DNA from: Nitrospirota bacterium
GTDB taxonomy: Bacteria > Nitrospirota > Thermodesulfovibrionia > Thermodesulfovibrionales > Dissulfurispiraceae
Direction: 5' to 3'
Length of the DNA: 64,000 bases
Assembly: GCA_963710375.1 (NCBI GenBank)
Contig: CAVPZX010000002.1
Location: forward strand, 64,001-128,000
This document shows positions 55,988 through 64,000 of this stretch, piece after piece. How positions within the stretch are numbered: the first letter of the stretch is position 1; every line of letters begins with the position of its first letter. Made by a program: the position numbers and the translations under genes. Below the pieces are notes generated by a model, which saw only the letters and a program-made list of their open reading frames with translations, was not told the origin of the DNA and did not search any database.

Positions 55988-56614
55988 ATGGAAAGACAAC
56001 GAGTCGGTATCGTGTTGTTTGAGAACATCGAGGTTCTTGATTTTTGCGGCCCTTTCGAAGTATTCTCCGCCACTCGCCTCAATGAGGAAAGAAGAAGGGA
56101 AGGACTATCGCCATTTGAAGTGCTGCTGGTGGCAGAGAAAAATGAACCCGTGCTCACATCGGGAGGTATGAAAGTTATTCCCGACCATACATTTGAGAGT
56201 TGCCCAAAGTTAGATATTCTTGTCGTGCCCGGTGGCTGGGGTACTCGCAAAGAACTCAAAAACCCAGTAATGCTCGATTGGTTACGTAATCGTGCCTTGG
56301 AGGTCGTGACCCTTACATCGGTTTGTACTGGTTCAATGCTTCTCGGGTTTGCCGGCTTACTTGATGGGCGCCACGCAACGACCCACTGGCGCTCGCTCGA
56401 CTGGATGCGTGAGTCTTTTCCATCCGTAACGGTTGAGTATGACAAGCATGTTGTCGAAGATGGGCGAATCTTCACCTCCGCAGGCATTTCTGCTGGGATC
56501 GATATGGCGCTCAAAGTTGTCGCTCGATATTACGGTGAAGCCATTGCGCGCGCCACAGCCAAGCAAATGGAATACTTATACCCTGAAAATAATGCTCGCA
56601 GAATTCAACTTTAA
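55988..56614 (+). CDS. DJ-1/PfpI family protein (isonitrile hydratase-like)
   Basis: EVLDFCGPFEVF, VVPGG, SVCTGS, ATTHW, TSAGISAGID. Confidence 0.92.
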   Translation: MERQRVGIVLFENIEVLDFCGPFEVFSATRLNEERRREGLSPFEVLLVAEKNEPVLTSGGMKVIPDHTFESCPKLDILVVPGGWGTRKELKNPVMLDWLRNRALEVVTLTSVCTGSMLLGFAGLLDGRHATTHWRSLDWMRESFPSVTVEYDKHVVEDGRIFTSAGISAGIDMALKVVARYYGEAIARATAKQMEYLYPENNARRIQL

Positions 56615-56681
56615 GCATAACAATTCATTCACCTGGGAAGGCAAAAAGTGGCCGAGGTCCCCGTTAATTCAATCGTTCCCA
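56615..56681 (+). mobile_element. Degenerate attC-like site
   Basis: GCATAAC immediately after the DJ-1 stop; AATTCATTCACC...GGCAAAAAG...GTTAATTCAATC-GTT; the next ATG begins 6 nt after the first base of GTT. Confidence 0.5.
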
Positions 56682-56767
56682 TGAAAATTGACAGCCTTGA
56701 CCATCTTGTACTGACCGTTAAAGACGAGGAAGCAAGCACCACTTTTTTGTTTATAAGGAACGGATAG
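56681..56767 (+). pseudogene. N-terminal fragment of a VOC/glyoxalase gene
   Basis: MKIDSLDHLVLTVKD is a characteristic VOC start; the frame ends after 28 codons. Confidence 0.7.
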
Positions 56768-56779
56768 TGCACCAGCCAC

Positions 56780-57466
56780 TCAAACGATAAGTTTTTCTCC
56801 TGCCGCAAGGTCTTCCAGTTTCTTTCTGTTCATTATACTTATTTTGCGGCCCCGGACCTTGATAATATCCTGGCTGCTCATCTTGCCGAGAATACGCGAT
56901 ATCGTTTCCGGAATTGTGCCAAGAAGGCTCGCTAGCTGGCCCTTTGTAATAGTCAGTTCTAGATCACCCGAATCGTTCTCCCTCGCGCTTAAATAAAGAA
57001 GGTGCGCTGCCAATCTGGAAGGGACTTCTTTCAGCGAGAGCTCTTCCACAAGCATAGTAAAGCGCCTCAGCCGTCTCGAAAGGTCGGCAAGCATATTCAT
57101 CGCAAGAGATGGGTCCTTCCTGATCAGCTCCAGAAAAAATACCCTCGGGAAAAAGAAGATCCTGCTCCTCTCCACTGTCTCTGCATGGGCAGGAAAGCGC
57201 CCGCCTGTAAACATAGGCACTTCTCCAAAAGATTCGCCGCGTGTAACAAAATGCAATATTTGCTCTTTTCCCTCTGAAGAAAGCTTGAAAATCTTGACCT
57301 GGCCGGAAATGACAACATAAAAACCGGAAGCCTCCTCACCCTCGGAGAAAACAGTCTGTCCCTTCTGGAACGTTTGGTCTGTGGTAATATCCACCACTTC
57401 CTCAAGCTGCTGCTTGGGGAGGCCCTGGAAAAGCGGAATCCCGGAAATAAGATCAACAATATTCAT
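56780..57466 (-). CDS. Crp/Fnr family regulator, HcpR/Dnr-like
   Basis: cNMP-binding fold (GQVKIFKLSSEGKEQIL, GESFGE), HTH LASLLGTIPETISR, no FNR Cys cluster. Confidence 0.9.
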   Translation of the reverse strand: MNIVDLISGIPLFQGLPKQQLEEVVDITTDQTFQKGQTVFSEGEEASGFYVVISGQVKIFKLSSEGKEQILHFVTRGESFGEVPMFTGGRFPAHAETVERSRIFFFPRVFFLELIRKDPSLAMNMLADLSRRLRRFTMLVEELSLKEVPSRLAAHLLYLSARENDSGDLELTITKGQLASLLGTIPETISRILGKMSSQDIIKVRGRKISIMNRKKLEDLAAGEKLIV

Positions 57467-57529
57467 AGAATGTTGTATATTATAACCGTAAATTTATAAA
57501 CAGGACATAAAAAAATAATCTATTTTAGA

Positions 57530-58010
57530 ATGGATCTAAAACTTATCCTCAAGATCATTCTTTACTTCCCCGGCACTTTTGCCCATGAGCTTGCGCACTG
57601 GGCCTGTGCGCTCATCTTCGGCAGCGCTAAAGGCTTTAATATAATCCCCAGGAGAGAGGGAGACAATCTTATCTTCGGCAGCGTGAGCGCAGCAGTCCGG
57701 TATAAGGTTTTTTGGATATTTATAGGCGCTGCACCGCTCGTTTGGTGGGTGATCCTTTATATGCTCCTGAAATATTACCGCATCATACATGCGGTAATTG
57801 AGGCGCCAAAGGTTTATATTACTCTCTCTTTCGAACGGTTCGTCTCTCCTTCCCTGGTTGACCTGCTCTTTTTATGGCTGGTCACACAGTCTGTTTTGGG
57901 CTGGAAGGCTGTCCATGCAGGATATAAAGACGTGTTTGGCGGGGCTGTTTTCTCTGTCCGGAGCAATATTGATTGTGGCGGCAGGGGTAATTGCAAGTCT
58001 CATTCTATGA
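57530..58010 (+). CDS. Membrane protein with HExxH (M50-like zinc peptidase motif); apparent +1 frameshift near 57890
   Basis: PGTFAHELAH and AAP motifs. Removing one base joins the hydrophobic LFWAGRLSMQD...ILIVAAGVIASLIL tail. Confidence 0.6.
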
Positions 58011-58054
58011 TTAATTAGAAATTTAGGGCACACTTTAAAGAAAAGGAGTTCAAA

Positions 58055-58576
58055 ATGAAAAAAATTATTGTAACAGTCGTCGTTTTCGCAGCCTTTTGTC
58101 TTTCGGCAGTCTCGTCTTCGCTTGCAGCGGATGACCTGAAGATAGGCATTTTTGACATTCAGAAGATATTGGCCGAGTCCAAGACGGTCCAGGGCTACCG
58201 CCAGAAGATCGAGAAAGATCTCGAACCGAAAAAAAAGGCCTTTGCCGACAAACAGCAACTCGCCAGCCATCTGGAGGAAAAAATGAAAATAGATGGACCG
58301 TCCATGTCCACCTCAGACAGAAGGATTGCCGAAGACCGGCTCAGCAGAGCAATGCTTGAAGTTAAGATGATGAACGAGGACATAAATCTGGAGTACCAGA
58401 GGATTAACAAGCAGCTTACCCAGCAGGCAGTGGATGAGATATTCAGGACTGCAGGTGATATTGGTTCGAACGAGGATTATTCGGTCATTTTCGAGAAGAA
58501 CCAGGCCGGAGTTGTATTCTTGAAAAATCGCTTCGATATCACGGAAAAAATTATAAAGGCATACGACAGCAAATAG
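58055..58576 (+). CDS. OmpH/Skp periplasmic chaperone
   Basis: Signal peptide, LKIGIFDIQKILAES, coiled coils, YSVIF...DITEKII. Confidence 0.9.
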   Translation: MKKIIVTVVVFAAFCLSAVSSSLAADDLKIGIFDIQKILAESKTVQGYRQKIEKDLEPKKKAFADKQQLASHLEEKMKIDGPSMSTSDRRIAEDRLSRAMLEVKMMNEDINLEYQRINKQLTQQAVDEIFRTAGDIGSNEDYSVIFEKNQAGVVFLKNRFDITEKIIKAYDSK

Positions 58577-58679
58577 ATAACCCAAAGATGGAGTGCCGGA
58601 GTAAACTGAAGTGGCGCCGGCAATGAAAGAGTCTTGCATTTCGAAAGGATAGTCAGCATACTATCGATCCTGCACTCTA

Positions 58680-58721
58680 TTGATTTAAGTCAAGGACTGT
58701 CTCACTACCCCCCGTTATAAT
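58680..58721 (+). promoter_or_regulatory. Crp/Fnr-family (HcpR-like) site and -10 element
   Basis: TTGATTTAAGTCAA at 58680-58693 and TATAAT at 58716-58721. Confidence 0.8.
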
Positions 58722-58795
58722 AAAAACAGGGTAAGCGGTATCCCGGACCCGGTTAAGACAGATAGTAATATTACTAGACGAGGAGGAAATGCACC

Positions 58796-59557
58796 ATGGG
58801 AACGATGAGAAAAATTGTGGAGATCAACGAGGACCTTTGTAACGGCTGCGGGGAGTGTGTCCAGTCTTGTGCAGAGGGTGCGCTTCAGATCATCGACGGC
58901 AAGGCCCGTCTGGTTTCGGAAATATATTGCGACGGGCTCGGCGCCTGTCTCAAAGAGTGCCCGCAGGGGGCCATAAAGATAACCGAGCGTGAAGCAGCAG
59001 CGTTCGATGAACACGCAACAGAAGAGTATCTCAAGGAGAAAAGCGTGAAACAAGAGAGTGTCGGCACTCTCAACTGCGGTTGCCCGTCCAGCCGGCTCCA
59101 GATGTTCGGCAGTTCACCCTGCAGCGAAGCAAACAAGCCTTCTGCCCATGTAAACAACATAAGTTCGACTTCAGCTCTTACGCACTGGCCGGTGCAGATA
59201 AGGCTGGTGCCTCCAACAGCCCCTTTCCTGAAAGGCGCAAATCTCCTCGTTGCAGCGGACTGCACTCCTGTGGCCTATCCGGACTTCCACTCGGATTTCC
59301 TGAAGGACAAAGTAATCATGATGGGGTGTCCCAAGTTCGACAATGCAGACGAGTACATTCAGAAGTTTGCCGATATTTTCAGAACAGCTGACATCAGGAG
59401 CGTAACTGTCGTTATCATGGAGGTGCCCTGCTGTTCAAAGCTGCCGGTTATCGTAGAGCGAGGCATGGCAATAGCGGGTAAACAGATCCCTGTTGAAGAA
59501 GTAGTTATCAGTACGCGAGGGTACGTGCTGCCCAGCAAGCAGGCCAAGACAGATTGA
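58796..59557 (+). CDS. 4Fe-4S dicluster protein of the type often linked to hcp
   Basis: CNGCGECVQSC, CDGLGACLKECP, CGCP, WPVQ, ADC, GCPKFD, MEVPCC. Confidence 0.88.
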   Translation: MGTMRKIVEINEDLCNGCGECVQSCAEGALQIIDGKARLVSEIYCDGLGACLKECPQGAIKITEREAAAFDEHATEEYLKEKSVKQESVGTLNCGCPSSRLQMFGSSPCSEANKPSAHVNNISSTSALTHWPVQIRLVPPTAPFLKGANLLVAADCTPVAYPDFHSDFLKDKVIMMGCPKFDNADEYIQKFADIFRTADIRSVTVVIMEVPCCSKLPVIVERGMAIAGKQIPVEEVVISTRGYVLPSKQAKTD

Positions 59558-59625
59558 AGGTGAGAACTTGAGAAGATGCGAAATTGAGCAGTCACACCCA
59601 CACACGTTCTCAACTTCTCAACTTC
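59556..59625. repeat. Intergenic hairpin built from octamer repeats (GAAGTTGA)
   Basis: GAAGGTGAGAACTTGAGAA pairs with TTCTCAACTTCTCAACTTC (17/19) between convergent genes. Confidence 0.75.
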
Positions 59626-60100
59626 ATGTCTCCGTATACTTACTCCGCCGTGCCTGAAAAAACTGCTTCAGCAAAATGGCACATTCCTCGTGCAGCACTC
59701 CTGAAATAACATGAACCTGATGATTCAGACGGTTGTCGGACAACAGATGATAGAGACTATCTACGCCACCACCCTTGCTGTCCTGGCAGCCGTATACAAG
59801 CCTGCCCAGGCGAGCGTTGACCATCGCTCCTGCACACATGATACACGGTTCTTTTGTCACATAGAGCGTTGCATCGGCAAGCCGCCAATTCTTTATCTTG
59901 CGGGCGCCGGACTTCAACACCGAAATCTCGGCGTGGGCGGTAGGATCAAAAGCTGACTCTCTTTTATTAAAAGACTTTGCAATTATCCCGTTATTGATTA
60001 CGAGTACTGCACCTACCGGGACCTCGCCTTTCTTAAATGCCTTTTCCGCCTCCCTGATGGCTCGGGTCATGAAGTCAGCGTCTGAAGCCATGTGGTCCAT
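59624..60100 (-). CDS. tadA: tRNA adenosine(34) deaminase
   Basis: GEVPVGAV, DPTAHAE, EPCIMCAGA, LNH, FFQARR. Confidence 0.95.
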   Translation of the reverse strand: MDHMASDADFMTRAIREAEKAFKKGEVPVGAVLVINNGIIAKSFNKRESAFDPTAHAEISVLKSGARKIKNWRLADATLYVTKEPCIMCAGAMVNARLGRLVYGCQDSKGGGVDSLYHLLSDNRLNHQVHVISGVLHEECAILLKQFFQARRSKYTET

Positions 60101-60711
60101 TGGTCAACACCTTTTCCAGACTTGCATGAGAGTTCAAATATTTTTATTGATGGATTCAGCGACAGGGAATCTTTTTTTATCTTGTCAATATCGACATCGA
60201 GGAACGGACTCAGGTCTATTTTATTGATAATAAGCGCCGATGACTCCTGGAACATGAGCGGATATTTCAAGGGTTTGTCGTGTCCCTCCGCGATACTGAG
60301 GACCATCACTTTCATGTCCTCACCTACCTGGAATTCAGCCGGACAGACAAGATTACCCACATTCTCGATAACCAGGAGGTCCAATTCGTCCAGCGGCAGG
60401 TCAGGAATTACTTCATTGATCATGTTGGCATCCAAATGGCACGCGCCTCCAGTATTTATCTGCACAACGGGTACCCCGAGACGGTTTATCCTGACCGCGT
60501 CATCAGTGCCTGTAATATCGCCCTCTATCACCCCGATCTTCAGATCCCGCTTCAGCCCCGCAATGGTGGCTTCGAGAAGCGATGTCTTTCCGGCGCCTGG
60601 AGAGCTCATAAGGTTGATCACGTAAACCCCGGCGTCTGAAAAAATGCGTCTGTTTTCCAGGGCGATTCTCTCATTTGCTTCGAGTATTTTTGAGGCAACT
60701 TTAAATTTCAT
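60067..60711 (-). CDS. hypB: Hydrogenase nickel incorporation GTPase HypB
   Basis: SSPGAGKT, EGD, GGACHLDA, ENVGNLVCPA, DKPLKYP, NKID. Confidence 0.96.
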   Translation of the reverse strand: MKFKVASKILEANERIALENRRIFSDAGVYVINLMSSPGAGKTSLLEATIAGLKRDLKIGVIEGDITGTDDAVRINRLGVPVVQINTGGACHLDANMINEVIPDLPLDELDLLVIENVGNLVCPAEFQVGEDMKVMVLSIAEGHDKPLKYPLMFQESSALIINKIDLSPFLDVDIDKIKKDSLSLNPSIKIFELSCKSGKGVDQWTTWLQTLTS

Positions 60712-60713
60712 TA

Positions 60714-61058
60714 TCAATCGACCTCCAATTCTTTTATGTCAAGCTCACGACCCGTATGCAAGGTATAGGCGTTGCTGCCGCATTGAGGACAGCAGAGCAC
60801 AAACTTTTCAGTTGTTGTAAAATCGACGCTGCATGCAGAACAGTGGCCGGCAATCGGAACTTCTTCAATTATAAGAGTGGCCCCCGAAGCTATCGTTTCG
60901 CTCTTGAGAGCATTAAAGGCAAAAAGCAATGCCTCTGGCATTACTCCAGAGGCACTGCCGATACAGACTCTTACATTGTTTATTTTGGTATATCCACCCT
61001 TTTTGCATTCATCAACAGCAATTTTCAGAAGACTTTCAGCTATGGATACTTCATGCAT
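60714..61058 (-). CDS. hypA: Hydrogenase nickel metallochaperone HypA
   Basis: MHE start, CSAC and CPQC, GREL. Confidence 0.96.
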   Translation of the reverse strand: MHEVSIAESLLKIAVDECKKGGYTKINNVRVCIGSASGVMPEALLFAFNALKSETIASGATLIIEEVPIAGHCSACSVDFTTTEKFVLCCPQCGSNAYTLHTGRELDIKELEVD

Positions 61059-61060
61059 GC

Positions 61061-61360
61061 TTACTTTTGCACTTCTTTCTCGTAAGCCTCTTTGCCGGCC
61101 TCGAAGGCTGCCGCAATTAACGACTTCTTCTCATCGACAAAACTCTTCCCCTTCTCAACAGTAGATGTGACTTTTTCCTTTGCCTGAGCCACATACTCAC
61201 CCGCCTTTTCCTTCACATCATCCGCAATATCCATTATTTTTTTCCGTGTCTCAGGACCTGATTGGGGGGCAAGGAGCAGTGCCAGACCGGCTCCCACCAT
61301 GCCGCCCAGGAGGAATGACAGCAAAACAGAACCTGAACTGAAACCTTCCTCATCTCTCAT
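61061..61360 (-). CDS. YtxH-domain protein
   Basis: FLLGGMVGAGLALLLAPQSGPETR followed by helical repeats. Confidence 0.9.
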   Translation of the reverse strand: MRDEEGFSSGSVLLSFLLGGMVGAGLALLLAPQSGPETRKKIMDIADDVKEKAGEYVAQAKEKVTSTVEKGKSFVDEKKSLIAAAFEAGKEAYEKEVQK

Positions 61361-61364
61361 AGTA

Positions 61365-61775
61365 TTACCTCCTTTCTTTTAGCTGGTTAATTAAGACATT
61401 CATAGCTGTTTTTACGCCGGCTCTCAGACCGAAAGCCTTTAATGACAACCCTTCGCCTAAGTTATTAAGAAGACTGCTGAGCACCTTCAGGTTAATTACT
61501 ACGTCACTGCCGGCTTCGGCAATGCTGCGAGCCGCATCGGTTACTGCTCCGACATCATCGGTAATTCTCCGTACGCTCTTGAGAAATTGCTCTGTCTCAA
61601 GGATGACAGGATTCAGCCGCTCCTCGGTGCTTTTTAAAGAGCTATTTAAGGCAGCGACCGCCTTTCTCATCTCAAATATCGCGTAGATAAGTAAGCATAT
61701 TACAGTGATAATACCAAGTGCCAATATGAAAAATACGGCGCTCGTAATTATGATCAACCATGTATGATCCGCCAT
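61365..61775 (-). CDS. DUF948/YoxC-like membrane-anchored coiled-coil protein
   Basis: N-terminal TM and coiled coil, in the usual position upstream of ytxH. Confidence 0.7.
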   Translation of the reverse strand: MADHTWLIIITSAVFFILALGIITVICLLIYAIFEMRKAVAALNSSLKSTEERLNPVILETEQFLKSVRRITDDVGAVTDAARSIAEAGSDVVINLKVLSSLLNNLGEGLSLKAFGLRAGVKTAMNVLINQLKERR

Positions 61776-61841
61776 CCGCTCTCCTCCTTTTCACAAGTAT
61801 ATCACATTTAACAGTCCACAAAAAGCAAGCACTAAAAAAGG

Positions 61842-62420
61842 TTAAATTGCTCCATCAAACTTTGTTTTCCGGTAAACATACACTACTCTCTGAATAACCG
61901 TGATATGGCTTAGCACAAACAGGATGAGAATAACCGGAAAAAGTCTTCCTGTCAAGCACCCTGCAGCCAAAAGCAGAATGCGCTCGGGCCTCTCTATTAA
62001 ACCCACATTGCAAGGGACACCAAGACCTTCTGCACGTGCCCTGACATAACTGACCAGAAAAGCTCCGACCAGGCTCCAAATAGTAAAAAATATCCCGATC
62101 AGATTGTCCTCTTTGAAGAAAAGCCACATAATGGCAACGAAAAGAGCGGCATCTGCATACCGGTCCAAAGTAGAATCGAGCAGAGCCCCGAATTTAGTAT
62201 CTTTTCCATTCGTGCGAGCAACAACACCGTCAAGGAGGTCAAACGACCCGCCTATCAGTATCATGAGACCGCCTGCCGTTGTATTAAAAGGTACAAGCGC
62301 TGCAGCTGCAAGAGTGACTGCAAAACCGGTGAAGCTTAAAACGTTCGGGCTTACAGGTATTAGTTTCGCTATCGGAGTAAGTGGCTTATCCAGTAAATGC
62401 CCGAACTTGGCGCTTATCAA
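61842..62420 (-). CDS. CDP-alcohol phosphatidyltransferase (phosphatidylinositol-phosphate/archaetidylinositol-phosphate synthase-like)
   Basis: SPNVLS, DLLDGVVAR...FGALLDSTLDRYAD, LVSYVRARAE, ERPER; abuts ino1. Confidence 0.88.
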   Translation of the reverse strand: MISAKFGHLLDKPLTPIAKLIPVSPNVLSFTGFAVTLAAAALVPFNTTAGGLMILIGGSFDLLDGVVARTNGKDTKFGALLDSTLDRYADAALFVAIMWLFFKEDNLIGIFFTIWSLVGAFLVSYVRARAEGLGVPCNVGLIERPERILLLAAGCLTGRLFPVILILFVLSHITVIQRVVYVYRKTKFDGAI

Positions 62421-63536
62421 CTACCGCTCCCTTACCCCTGTGATAAACTCCTCTACCATGGTCCTAGCTTCCTCATCAGAGAACTGTTTATAAGGATGTT
62501 TCATAAAAGACGCTGCCGGCGAAAGCAGGACCCCGCCTATACCCCTGTCTCTTGCGATCTTGCAGCACCTTATGGCATCGATGACAACGCCGGCACTGTT
62601 GGGCGAGTCTTCAACTGACAAGCGCAACTCCAGATTCACCGGAATATTTCCGAACCCCTGACCCTCGATCCTGAGAAAGCAGACCTTGTTATCATTCATC
62701 CACGGCACATAATCAGAGGGGCCTATATGGATATCATCACCGTCAAGGTGGTGCGTTATCTGAGAACAGACAGCCTCTGTCTTCGATATTTTTTTTGATT
62801 TAAGCCGGGCCTGGCTCCGCATATTAAGAAAGTCGGTGTTGCCGCCAACATTCAACTGATAGGTATGCGTTATTTTTACACCTCTGTTCATGAAGAGTTT
62901 CGCTAAGGTGCGGTGAATTATGGTAGCGCCGACCTGTGACTTGACGTCATCGCCTATCAGGGGAATGCCCTTCTTCTCAAACCGGCTGATCCATTCTTCA
63001 TCCGATGCAATAAATACGGGAATGCAGTTTATAAAGGCAACGCCGGCCTCAAGGCAGGCATTTGCATAATAACGTGTTGCATCTTCAGAGCCGACAGGCA
63101 GGTAATTAAGAAAGAGTTCAGCACCGCTCTCCCTGAGCACCTTGACAACATCGCATGGTCTTTCGTCTGCTACAATGAATCGCCGGTCATCAGGATAATC
63201 AGCCATATGGGCCGCAACCCCATCGAGCACTTCGCCCATCTGCACTATTACTGCCTGAGTGGATGCAGGACTGCTTATGTTGGCGTAAAATACTTTTGTA
63301 CAATTCGGTTTGGCAAACATAGCCTCTTCAAGCGGCTTATGGACCTTTCTGGCATCTATATCAAAAGCTGCGGCTATAACAATATCTCCGGGCAGGTATC
63401 CGCCGAGATTATAATGCATAAGTCCTAAGGAACTGCCGGGATCATCTTCTTTTATCGCCCTGTAGTATTCAATGCCCTGAATAAGAGAACTCGCACAGTT
63501 ACCGATTCCGGCAATTGCAATTCGTATCAGGCCCAT
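62421..63536 (-). CDS. ino1: myo-inositol-1-phosphate synthase
   Basis: GIGNCASSLIQG, NYLPVGS, GDDVKSQVGAT, QLNVGGNTDFLN, SKKISKT, DSPNSAG. Confidence 0.96.
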   Translation of the reverse strand: MGLIRIAIAGIGNCASSLIQGIEYYRAIKEDDPGSSLGLMHYNLGGYLPGDIVIAAAFDIDARKVHKPLEEAMFAKPNCTKVFYANISSPASTQAVIVQMGEVLDGVAAHMADYPDDRRFIVADERPCDVVKVLRESGAELFLNYLPVGSEDATRYYANACLEAGVAFINCIPVFIASDEEWISRFEKKGIPLIGDDVKSQVGATIIHRTLAKLFMNRGVKITHTYQLNVGGNTDFLNMRSQARLKSKKISKTEAVCSQITHHLDGDDIHIGPSDYVPWMNDNKVCFLRIEGQGFGNIPVNLELRLSVEDSPNSAGVVIDAIRCCKIARDRGIGGVLLSPAASFMKHPYKQFSDEEARTMVEEFITGVRER

Positions 63537-63544
63537 GACTTAGC

Positions 63545-63973
63545 TCACGTGATCTCAATGTGTCTGGGCAATGCCCCTGCACTTTTGGGAATAATGACAT
63601 TCAGTATACCATCCCTGAGTGTCGCTTTTATCTCGTTCTTCTGAACTACGGCAGGCAAAATAAATGACCTTGAAAAGAAGCCGTAATACCGTTCAATCTG
63701 ACAGTAACTTTTTCCTTCCCGCCTGGACTTCCGCTCGCCGCTGATTTTGAGGGTATTGTCCTCCACTACGATGTTAATATCTGTCTCCAGCACTTCAGGC
63801 AGTTCTGCCTTTACTGCGAATGCTTCATCTGTTTCATAGATATCGACCGCAGGCACCCATACCCCTGTTCCTGCATCTCCGAATCTTACGGATTTGGGAG
63901 CGCCATGCTCAAAAAGCCTGTTTGCCCGCTCCCTCAATACAAAAGTATCTTTAAAAGGATCCCATTTTTTCAT
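63545..63973 (-). CDS. Small heat-shock protein (Hsp20/alpha-crystallin)
   Basis: WDPF, PAVDIYET, AELP, ERYYGFFSRSFILP, A.LRDGILNV.IPK. Confidence 0.93.
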   Translation of the reverse strand: MKKWDPFKDTFVLRERANRLFEHGAPKSVRFGDAGTGVWVPAVDIYETDEAFAVKAELPEVLETDINIVVEDNTLKISGERKSRREGKSYCQIERYYGFFSRSFILPAVVQKNEIKATLRDGILNVIIPKSAGALPRHIEIT

Positions 63974-64000
63974 GTCCTATTTTCCCTCCCAGCCCCCGAT

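Noticed and set aside
58594..58622. Hairpin TGCCGG...CCGGCA after skp
   Set aside because: The stem is short with a large loop and no U-tract; too weak to call a terminator.

Overview
Chromosomal window from a probably anaerobic Gram-negative bacterium (hcp, tungstate ABC transporter, HypA/HypB, Skp, AsmA). The gene set suggests Nitrospirota/Thermodesulfovibrionia or a deltaproteobacterium-like lineage, but that is an inference. A minus-strand division/cell-wall cluster (mraZ-rsmH-ftsL-ftsI-murE-murF-mraY-dac-murD-ftsW-murG-murC ... ddl) is split between murC and ddl by about 23.6 kb of signalling genes, and murB is absent from the window. That block holds a sigma54 enhancer-binding protein and a complete chemosensory operon (REC, McpA-like protein, cheY, STAS, cheA with a tandem MshEN-like motif, MCP, cheW, cheR, cheD, cheB). 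The operon is bracketed by two diverged copies of a ~133-bp non-coding segment ending in a canonical sigma54 promoter. The block also contains a hybrid PAS kinase, toxin-antitoxin/cassette remnants, and a 2299-aa Ser/Thr-kinase/NTPase/GAF/PAS/His-kinase/2xREC/Hpt protein whose kinase catalytic Asp is Asn. The right half carries housekeeping and stress genes, a DACNV-type diadenylate-cyclase-like gene, a Crp/Fnr (HcpR-like) regulator with two identical predicted class II target promoters, perR-katG, and an ino1/CDP-alcohol phosphotransferase pair. Across the window there are three attC-like sites but no integrase, and four intergenic elements built from short tandem repeats (three of them inverted-arm hairpins). 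Five genes, including essential murF, are each broken by a +1 frameshift, which most likely reflects sequencing error. I found no rRNA, tRNA, CRISPR array or transposase. All calls come from reading the sequence and recognising motifs by eye; no database searches were run.
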